58,389 nt of DNA from Gammaproteobacteria bacterium (lineage in GTDB: Bacteria; Pseudomonadota; Gammaproteobacteria; Comchoanobacterales; Comchoanobacteraceae). Location of the stretch: contig JBDQEV010000001.1 in NCBI GenBank assembly GCA_040266255.1, forward strand, positions 1 through 58,389, written 5' to 3'. The translations under genes were made by a program, and so were the position numbers. Of this stretch, positions 38,703 through 45,879 are shown piece after piece. Positions within the stretch are counted from its first letter, which is position 1. Every line of letters starts with the position of its first letter. A model generated the notes under the pieces. It made no database searches. It was not told the DNA's origin and saw only the letters and a list, made by a program, of their open reading frames with translations.

Positions 38703-39050
38703 ATGTTAAAGTCAATCGCAGAAAAACTGATTAAGTACTGTAAAGAAAACCAATGGACCTTTGTGCTTAGAGGTAAGGAATGCTCATATGATGAAATGTT
38801 TGCAGATTTCGGGGTATTACCAGGCATGCTCAAAAGAGCAGAAAAGTATACCATATTGTGTGAGGGGGCTTCGATAGGTGCAGAGTTTACTGATGATGAA
38901 AAAACATTGCTGGGTTATAAAGTCAAGTTAGAGAAATGTCACATCAAAGAGCCGGTCTTAATGTTGTATTTGTTATACGTGCTTGATAATATTGTTAATG
39001 CGGGGCATAATGGGTCTGAAATACAATTAGATCAATTAACATATGAGTAG
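38703..39050 (+). CDS. icmS: Dot/Icm adaptor IcmS
   Basis: 115 aa acidic protein, 'TFVLRGKECSYDEMFADFGVLPGMLKRAEK..LC', C-terminal 'LDQLTYE'; follows icmT. Confidence 0.9.
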   Translation: MLKSIAEKLIKYCKENQWTFVLRGKECSYDEMFADFGVLPGMLKRAEKYTILCEGASIGAEFTDDEKTLLGYKVKLEKCHIKEPVLMLYLLYVLDNIVNAGHNGSEIQLDQLTYE

Positions 39051-39570
39051 AATTTCAAGCAACTTTTTAATGCTATTGACACAGATTAATCAGTTAATAG
39101 TTAGTGCAAAAATTGAAAGAACGAAAGAAGAGTTAGAAAGGCTATCAAGTCTTCTTAGCACTAGTGGGATTAAATCAGATCAGTTATCTGAAGCTGATTT
39201 TCAAACCGGTACTGCTCAACACTATCGAGATAGAGCCAAGGTTATTTTAGATTGTGAGAGTAGTGAAGTCTTTCACAGTGGAGATAAGGTGACAAGGTAT
39301 GCAGTTCTTGCGCATGTAGAGGGTCCAAAAGGGATTTCGCCTAACTACCAGCTAAATGGCAGGCAAATATTTAATAATAAGGTCGAGGCAGAGTCTTTTG
39401 CAGTGCTAAATAGCTCTGATCAGATGAAGCTTTTTGTGATGCCGCTGAATGTGTGCGACAAGGATCTGCCAAATATACATAAGTTGTCTTTAAGGTGCTT
39501 AGGTATTAACAGTCTTGTCTTACAGCAGTTGCTGAATGAGCAGTCTGCAAATTGCAAAGAGTTTGCCTGA
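39043..39570 (+). CDS. Putative highly divergent IcmQ
   Basis: Lies between icmS and icmP; weak echoes of IcmQ motifs ('SSNFLMLL' ~ KSNFLRVI, 'GRQIFNNKVE' ~ SRPIYADEED, 'KLSLR' ~ LLTLK). Confidence 0.5.
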   Translation: MSRISSNFLMLLTQINQLIVSAKIERTKEELERLSSLLSTSGIKSDQLSEADFQTGTAQHYRDRAKVILDCESSEVFHSGDKVTRYAVLAHVEGPKGISPNYQLNGRQIFNNKVEAESFAVLNSSDQMKLFVMPLNVCDKDLPNIHKLSLRCLGINSLVLQQLLNEQSANCKEFA

Positions 39571-39700
39571 GAAGTTGAATTGTTTTAGGCGAATCAAATA
39601 AGTTGCTGCTTAATATAAACTATTCCTTGAAAGTCCCAGTAGTGTTTGAATTTTAGTCAAGTGCACTGTAGACTGAAAAGGTCTTCAATTGGATTTTTTC

Positions 39701-40855
39701 GTGAAAGGTGGCGGTGGGCAACAGCAACAGCCTGATCAGGCTCAAGACACGTTTTTACTGATCGGCTTTATAGTCGTCGTGGTGATTCTTGCGTGGTATA
39801 ACTACTCAGATGCGATAGTAAAGGTTATATTCTTATTTCGAGTTGCACTAGGAACTGCGTTGCTTTATGTGCTTGAACATGCTGATGTGTTATTTGAGCT
39901 CGTAGACTCAAGGTTGCTTGCAATTGATGATTTAAGGTCTTCTCTTACTGCAATGCGTTCTACGCCATATGGTGCAGTTGATTATGACAGATTGAAGCTT
40001 ATCTCAGAAGTATATGGCCATGCTTTTGCGTTACCAAATATTATCTTAGGGGTTTTCGGTGTTGCATATTCTTTATTCTTCCATCGATTTTCTCGTTTTT
40101 CAAAAGAGCACTCGATGCATTCATTGAGCCATCAGGAAGTAAAAAATTGGCCACAAATCGCATGTGTCCTAGGTAAGAATTTGATCAAAGCTGATGTTGA
40201 GACAGGTCCATGGAGAATGAGTGATAGGCCATTAGACTTTGCTAAAAAGCATAACTTAATTGAGCCTGAAACAGTGAAGGGAAAAGTAGTGGCTAGGCTA
40301 GATAAGGCAAAGTCAAGACAGATTTTTGCACTACAAATGGGGCCTGCTTGGAGTGGGTTAGAAGATATGCCGCCGTATGCTTTGGCGCTATTTGCAATTT
40401 TTGCAGCTCGAGGTGAGGGTGACGCAAAAGGTGCAAGAAAGCTACTTCGCCAGATTTCTGCTTCAGCAGGAGAGGGCGTATTGAACTTTGGTGGAACTAG
40501 ATTACTTTTGTTCAAACATGTTCGATCTTCACAAAAAGTGGGTCGTGCTGTTGGTCCTCATGCTTATTTATATACAGTAATGGCATCTATGCTTGAGTTA
40601 TCTAGAGAGGAAGGTGTGCTATCAGTTTCAGAATTCTTATGGTTAAAGGCGGTTGATCGTCAGCTATGGTATATGTTGTCCTCGGTAGGAAGAACAACTG
40701 CTTTTGTTGAAGTATCTGCACCTTATTCACATTGGCTGGTTGAAAAGCGTTTACGGCGTCCATTGAAGGTGCCAGTCTTTGATCAAGCAATTGAGGCATT
40801 AGATGACGCACTATCTAATATAGTCATAGATCCTGAAGAGATTAAAAATGGTTGA
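39701..40855 (+). CDS. icmP: Dot/Icm coupling-complex protein IcmP/DotM (probable GTG 39701; the ORF extends to TTG 39689)
   Basis: Q-rich N-terminus and TM segments; 'WPQI', 'GPWRM..PLDFAKK', 'FALQMGP.W', 'HAYLYTVMASML', 'FLWLKAVDRQLWYML', 'HWLVE'. Confidence 0.95.
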   Translation: MKGGGGQQQQPDQAQDTFLLIGFIVVVVILAWYNYSDAIVKVIFLFRVALGTALLYVLEHADVLFELVDSRLLAIDDLRSSLTAMRSTPYGAVDYDRLKLISEVYGHAFALPNIILGVFGVAYSLFFHRFSRFSKEHSMHSLSHQEVKNWPQIACVLGKNLIKADVETGPWRMSDRPLDFAKKHNLIEPETVKGKVVARLDKAKSRQIFALQMGPAWSGLEDMPPYALALFAIFAARGEGDAKGARKLLRQISASAGEGVLNFGGTRLLLFKHVRSSQKVGRAVGPHAYLYTVMASMLELSREEGVLSVSEFLWLKAVDRQLWYMLSSVGRTTAFVEVSAPYSHWLVEKRLRRPLKVPVFDQAIEALDDALSNIVIDPEEIKNG

Positions 40856-43112
40856 TAGAGGTGTAAGGCGAGAGCAGGAGCAAAATGCCAGCTTATTGGT
40901 TCGTGATACTAGGTCGTTTTCACAGAAGTTTTCAGACTTATTTAATAAGCCAGTATCTGCAGCAGCAGTGATATTCAGTACTGCAGTTGCTGCAGTCTTT
41001 CTGCCTGCATTCGCAGATATGCTGTTTTTAATCAATATTGTGTTTGTTTCTTTAGTGCTATTTAGGCATATAAAATTGCCATTTCGAGTGCCTAAAGCTT
41101 CTGGTATCAGTGATTTTAATGACTTAAACCCTGGAACTGGGAAACCAAATAAAGCAAGTGGTATTTATTACTTTGGGAATGAGAAAACAGATAAAAAAGA
41201 ACTCTGGTTTGGTGATACAGATATGCGTACGCACGTACTGATCTTCGGTTCTACAGGTTCAGGTAAAACAGTTTTTCTCATCGGGTTGGCATTCAATGCT
41301 TTGGTGCAAGCAAGTGGTTTTATTTATGTAGATGGTAAGGGTGATAATAGCTTATACGCGAATATATTTTCTATTGTTCGCTATTTAGGTCGAGAAGACG
41401 ATTTGCTGCTGATCAACTTTATGACTGGAGCAAAAGACATCATTGGTCCACAAGAAAAGCGTTTATCTAATACCTTAAATCCATTTGCAAGTGGCTCATC
41501 TAGTATGCTTGCAAACTTAGTGACTGGCATGATGGATTCGTCATCTGGGAGTGGTGATGGTGATATGTGGAAAGGTCGTGCGATTGCGTTTGTTGAAGCT
41601 CTGTTAAAGGTATTGGTTGCGATGAGAGACGCTGGCCATATTCTACTTGATGCCAATACAATTCGTAATTATTTCTCATTAGAGCGTCTTGAAGCAATGG
41701 CTGATAATGTATTCATTAGAGATAATGGACAATACTCAATTGATATGGGCTCACTACCAAGTGAAATCAAAGAGCCAATCATGAATTATTTATCGACATT
41801 GCCGGGTTATCAAAAAGGAAAGCGAGGTCAGCAAGTATCACAGGTGTTTGAGCAGCATGGTTATATTATAATGCAGCTTACACGTATCTTTACCTCTTTG
41901 GCAGATACTTATGGGCATATTTTAAGAACAAAGCTTGCAGAGGTTGATCTGAGAGATGTTGTATTAAATAGAAGAATTTTAGTTGTGCTCTTGCCTGCGT
42001 TGGAAAAGTCTCCAGATGAGCTGTCTAATCTAGGTAAAGTTGTGATTGCATCCATGCGCTCTATGATGGCAGCAGGTCTTGGAGACTCAGTAGAGGGGGA
42101 CTATAGAGATTTAATCTTATCAAAGCCTACAAATGCGGAAACGCCATTTTTATGTATTCTAGATGAGTATGGTTACTATGCTGTAAAAGGTTTTGCTGTT
42201 GTGCCTGCTCAGGCTAGGTCTTTGGGTTTCTCAGTTGTGTTTGCAGGGCAGGATTTGCCAGCCTTCCAAAAAGCATCAAAAGAAGAGGCTGCATCAATTG
42301 GTGCTAATACAAATATTAAAATTTGTATGAAGTTAGAAGATCCTACAGATACCTGGGAGTTCTTCATGAAAGGTGCAGGTGAGGCATATGTTACAGCAGT
42401 TGATAGCTTTAGTGCATCTCAAAACAGTATTTCTAATGCATACTTAGATACCAAATCGGCAAAGACAGAAAAACGAGCTAGAATTGACTTACTTGATCTT
42501 AAAGATCAGGGCTTAGGTGAAGCGCATATCTTCTTCAAGTCAGATATAGTTAGAGCTAAGACTTTTTATGCAAATCCTCCGCCATGTAAGAGAATGCGGT
42601 TGAATCAGTTCTTGAAAGTCGAGCCACCAGAGGATACCTACTTATATGATTTAGTGAAGGGAATTGAAGATTTTCAAGAGATGAGTTTTTCACAGTTGCC
42701 AGCAGTTGAAAATGATACAGTGCTTTCTGGAATGGTTAACGCTCTAAATGCTGATGACAACTATATTCAGGCAGCAATTAATATGCTGATGTCTAATGAA
42801 GGTGAGGCATTATTAACAGAAGACATTGTAGATGAAGGTGAAGGTAGTATTGACGTATTCTCTAGGTATCAAGTAGACGGGGTCACCTTATCTGCTATTA
42901 TGCCCAAGAGTGAAATTAGCAAGGTGCTGAATTTTTGTGGTAGATTTGCAGGTCTTTCTGAAACACAGTCTCAGAAAGAGGTTGACCAGCAGCTAGAAAG
43001 TATTCGTAAAATGACGGAGTACAGCATGAGCATGAATCAAGAGGATGTTGAGAGTTGCATAGAGGGTATAAAATATGTCAATGAGCATCTTAAGTTAGAG
43101 GAGGAGAAGTAG
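40848..43112 (+). CDS. icmO: Type IVB coupling protein IcmO/DotL
   Basis: 'RTHVLIFGSTGSGKT', 'YVDGKGD', 'DGDMWKGRAI', 'ILDEYGYYAVKGFAVVPAQARSLGF'. Confidence 0.97.
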   Translation: MVDRGVRREQEQNASLLVRDTRSFSQKFSDLFNKPVSAAAVIFSTAVAAVFLPAFADMLFLINIVFVSLVLFRHIKLPFRVPKASGISDFNDLNPGTGKPNKASGIYYFGNEKTDKKELWFGDTDMRTHVLIFGSTGSGKTVFLIGLAFNALVQASGFIYVDGKGDNSLYANIFSIVRYLGREDDLLLINFMTGAKDIIGPQEKRLSNTLNPFASGSSSMLANLVTGMMDSSSGSGDGDMWKGRAIAFVEALLKVLVAMRDAGHILLDANTIRNYFSLERLEAMADNVFIRDNGQYSIDMGSLPSEIKEPIMNYLSTLPGYQKGKRGQQVSQVFEQHGYIIMQLTRIFTSLADTYGHILRTKLAEVDLRDVVLNRRILVVLLPALEKSPDELSNLGKVVIASMRSMMAAGLGDSVEGDYRDLILSKPTNAETPFLCILDEYGYYAVKGFAVVPAQARSLGFSVVFAGQDLPAFQKASKEEAASIGANTNIKICMKLEDPTDTWEFFMKGAGEAYVTAVDSFSASQNSISNAYLDTKSAKTEKRARIDLLDLKDQGLGEAHIFFKSDIVRAKTFYANPPPCKRMRLNQFLKVEPPEDTYLYDLVKGIEDFQEMSFSQLPAVENDTVLSGMVNALNADDNYIQAAINMLMSNEGEALLTEDIVDEGEGSIDVFSRYQVDGVTLSAIMPKSEISKVLNFCGRFAGLSETQSQKEVDQQLESIRKMTEYSMSMNQEDVESCIEGIKYVNEHLKLEEEK

Positions 43113-43113
43113 T

Positions 43114-43584
43114 ATGTGGAATAAGATTAAAATGTTAGCATTTGTATCAATAGTGTCATTGGCGCAAATTAATATTTCTAAAATAGAGTCAGACTTAAGA
43201 GCGTTTAATGCATATTTGACGCAAAATGGAGAAGAGGTTACAGTTGTTGTACCAATTAGTTCTATGTTTACAGGAGAAACAACTTTTGTGCAGAATAGAG
43301 CAGGCCCATTAGTAGAGTCCTTGATTGGCTTAATTGCACAGTCTAAAGGTATTGTGCAACTAGAAGCGCTTATCACACCTACAGCGGATGAGCAGCAGGC
43401 GCTCAGCAGCTCAATTGCTTATACTCAGGTAGTAGAGCTATCTAAAGTCTTATTGCAAGGTGGTGGTGAAATTAGTTATGCACCACTGACTGTAAAACTT
43501 CAACCTAGAAATAATGATTACGGCTTCTGGAAACGCTTTGGAACTGAAAATAGATTTATCCAAATGACATTGAGTATTGATTAA
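43114..43584 (+). CDS. icmN: IcmN/DotK-like OmpA-fold periplasmic protein lacking a lipoprotein Cys
   Basis: Position after icmO; 'LTQNGEEVTVVVPISSMF' resembles the IcmN/OmpA_C start and 'ENRFIQMTL' resembles the OmpA_C NRRVEI end. Confidence 0.6.
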   Translation: MWNKIKMLAFVSIVSLAQINISKIESDLRAFNAYLTQNGEEVTVVVPISSMFTGETTFVQNRAGPLVESLIGLIAQSKGIVQLEALITPTADEQQALSSSIAYTQVVELSKVLLQGGGEISYAPLTVKLQPRNNDYGFWKRFGTENRFIQMTLSID

Positions 43585-43615
43585 TATTGTATATTCTAAA
43601 ATGTTAAAGTTTGCT

Positions 43616-43645
43616 TTGCATAAGATTTGATTTTTATGAGATAAT
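43616..43645 (+). promoter_or_regulatory. Putative internal sigma70 promoter upstream of icmL
   Basis: TTGCAT (43616-43621), 18 bp spacer, GATAAT (43640-43645) with extended TGn, in an 87-bp AT-rich gap. Confidence 0.3.
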
Positions 43646-43671
43646 GTTAATAGATAAGTGGGGATACCTAA

Positions 43672-44292
43672 ATGTCAGATGATGTTTTAGAAACGGTTCG
43701 ACTAAGAACGGATTTCTACAAAGATGGCTACAGAAAGCTAGCAACCATTGTTCTTTTGTTGTGTGTTGCAAATGTGTTTTTGGGCTTGACCTTGGTTACA
43801 GTGTATTCCAAGCCAGAAGAAGTTCGATTTTTTGCGACATCAACTGACGGTAGAATTATTCCAGTAGAGCCACTCAATCGTCCTGGCAGAACCAATGCTG
43901 AGATACTAGATTGGACAGTCCGTGCCGCCTCTAATGTTTACTCATATGACTATGTGAATTATCGAGATGATTTACAAAGTGTTTCGGCGATGTTCACAGG
44001 TTCCGGTTGGCAAAGTTTCCAGGAAACTTTAACAAGTTCCAGAATGTTGAAAACTGTGATTGCAGAAAAGTTAGTTATGAACGCACAGCCTACTGGTGCT
44101 GCAAGTATTACAGAGCAAGGGCTGATTAATGGTAGGTATACCTGGAAGGTACAAGTGCCGCTATTGGTCAAGATGCAGGGAAATACGACTCTTAGTACAC
44201 CTGTGTTGGTCACAATGTTGGTCCAAAGAGTCAGTTTAGTGAATAATCCAGATGGAATAGGCATTATCCAAATATTAGTGAGTGAAGGCTAG
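43672..44292 (+). CDS. icmL: Dot/Icm IcmL/DotI (VirB8-like)
   Basis: 'LETVRLRTDFYKDGYR', 'FFATSTDGRIIP', 'YSYDYVNYR..LQ..S..FT..GW..F', 'GRYTWKVQVP'. Confidence 0.95.
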   Translation: MSDDVLETVRLRTDFYKDGYRKLATIVLLLCVANVFLGLTLVTVYSKPEEVRFFATSTDGRIIPVEPLNRPGRTNAEILDWTVRAASNVYSYDYVNYRDDLQSVSAMFTGSGWQSFQETLTSSRMLKTVIAEKLVMNAQPTGAASITEQGLINGRYTWKVQVPLLVKMQGNTTLSTPVLVTMLVQRVSLVNNPDGIGIIQILVSEG

Positions 44293-44930
44293 TGGTACAA
44301 GTTCAGTCAAAGGTAATTAATTTAGGCTTATTGCTAAGTTCAGTATCCTTATTGCTTTCGATTGCTTTTTATTTCCAAGCTTCTCAGTCAACGTATATTG
44401 ATGCAAAAACAGTGGCTGATAATTATTATATGGCTGCGAATGGAGATGTTCTATTTTCTTCAAAGGTAGAAAAAGTCAGTGATATTTTCTTGCTTGAGGT
44501 TCCGGTTAAATCAATGATTGAGGTAGCTCAGTGGGCTGCAAGAGTCTCTACAGATTTGTTCACGGTTGATTTCTTCTCTTACCAAGACCATTTTGAAGGA
44601 ATGAAAAACTTTTTTACAGATGAAGGGTGGAAGTCTATTAATCAAGCGATATACCAGTCGGGTTGGTTGTCTGATCTGATTGATAAAAAGCTAACAGCAT
44701 CAGCTGTTCTTGTTGATACACCCATTATATTGAATCATGGAAGTCTGAATGGGTTTTATAATTGGACTTTCAGCTTTCCGTTACTTGTTTCATATGAGAG
44801 TGCAAGTGAAAGAGGTGTGAAAGAACGCAGGTCCTTAATAGTACAGGTGAGAAGGATTCCAACTGATTTTTCACAAGGTAAAGCTGGGATAGCAATTGAG
44901 AGTATAGAGTCGTCAAAGGTCGGGATATAG
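44292..44930 (+). CDS. Second, divergent IcmL/DotI paralog
   Basis: Single N-terminal TM segment; 'QWAARV..LFTVDFFSY..FFTDEGW', 'KKLTASAV..P.I...G..NG.Y.W..SFPLLVSY', 'GIAIES'. Confidence 0.85.
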   Translation: MVQVQSKVINLGLLLSSVSLLLSIAFYFQASQSTYIDAKTVADNYYMAANGDVLFSSKVEKVSDIFLLEVPVKSMIEVAQWAARVSTDLFTVDFFSYQDHFEGMKNFFTDEGWKSINQAIYQSGWLSDLIDKKLTASAVLVDTPIILNHGSLNGFYNWTFSFPLLVSYESASERGVKERRSLIVQVRRIPTDFSQGKAGIAIESIESSKVGI

Positions 44931-44932
44931 AA

Positions 44933-45877
44933 ATGAAAATGAATGTTAAAAAGCTAAGATATGTTTTACTGGCAGTTTTTTCTGTCTCGCCAATTTATGC
45001 GCAGCAGTATCAGTCTTTAGACTTTCTGGACGATAATGCATCAGGGTCTAATTTAAGCGCTACGCCAGAAGTTGTGATGAATGCAAAGCAGGATGTGCAA
45101 AACGAAGCCTTTAACACGGTAAAGGAGTCTCTTTCTCCACTATCAGTTGGGCAGATTGATGAGTTAAAAGAGCTTTATAAGTCTATTAACCGTGCTTCCA
45201 ACTTAGAAAACAACCCGCCAACACCAACATTTTCTTCTATATCAGTTGATCTGCAGCCTGGTTCTGCTCCTCCAGCGATACGTTTGTCTGCAGGTTTAGT
45301 TTCATCATTGGTATTCGTGGATATTACCGGAGCACCTTGGCCTATTCGTGCTTATGATGTTGGTGATCCCACCAACTTTAACATCGTGTGGAACCAGAAT
45401 GGTGAGGATGAAACATCTATGACTAATACGCTCTTGATGCAGCCGATGTCACTTTATAAGGATGGTAACCTAGCTGTGATGCTTCAAGGTTTGAATACAC
45501 CAGTAATGCTTTCATTGATCCCAGGCCAAAAAGAAGTAGATTACCGGGTGGATATTCAAGTTCCAGGAAGAGGGCCGTTTGCTAAAGATACAGATACTAT
45601 GCTAAAAGCTTCTACTAACCCTGCTTTAAATCAGGTAATCAATAATATTTCACCAGATGGAAGTAAGTTACTTAAGGTCACAGGTGGGGCCGCAAGAGCT
45701 TGGTTGTTTGGTGATGTCATGTATGTAAGAACAGCACTGCCAATTGTTTCACCAGCGTGGAACGCAACAATGAGAGGTGCAGGTGGTACTGTCAGCGCTT
45801 ATGAATTACCAAAATCTCCTGTGATCTTGGTGATGGATAATGGGCGTATTCGTAAACTTAATGTGGAAGGGTTTTAA
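44933..45877 (+). CDS. icmK: Dot/Icm core-complex protein IcmK/DotH
   Basis: Signal peptide; 'VDLQPGSAPPAIRLSAGLVSSLVFVDITGAPWPI..YDVGDP', 'GNLAV.L.GLNTPVMLSLIPGQKEVDYRVD'. Confidence 0.96.
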   Translation: MKMNVKKLRYVLLAVFSVSPIYAQQYQSLDFLDDNASGSNLSATPEVVMNAKQDVQNEAFNTVKESLSPLSVGQIDELKELYKSINRASNLENNPPTPTFSSISVDLQPGSAPPAIRLSAGLVSSLVFVDITGAPWPIRAYDVGDPTNFNIVWNQNGEDETSMTNTLLMQPMSLYKDGNLAVMLQGLNTPVMLSLIPGQKEVDYRVDIQVPGRGPFAKDTDTMLKASTNPALNQVINNISPDGSKLLKVTGGAARAWLFGDVMYVRTALPIVSPAWNATMRGAGGTVSAYELPKSPVILVMDNGRIRKLNVEGF

Positions 45878-45879
45878 CA

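Noticed and set aside
40132-41697. Minus-strand ORFs opposite icmP/icmO
   Set aside because: They lie entirely within strongly conserved genes and have no independent coding evidence.
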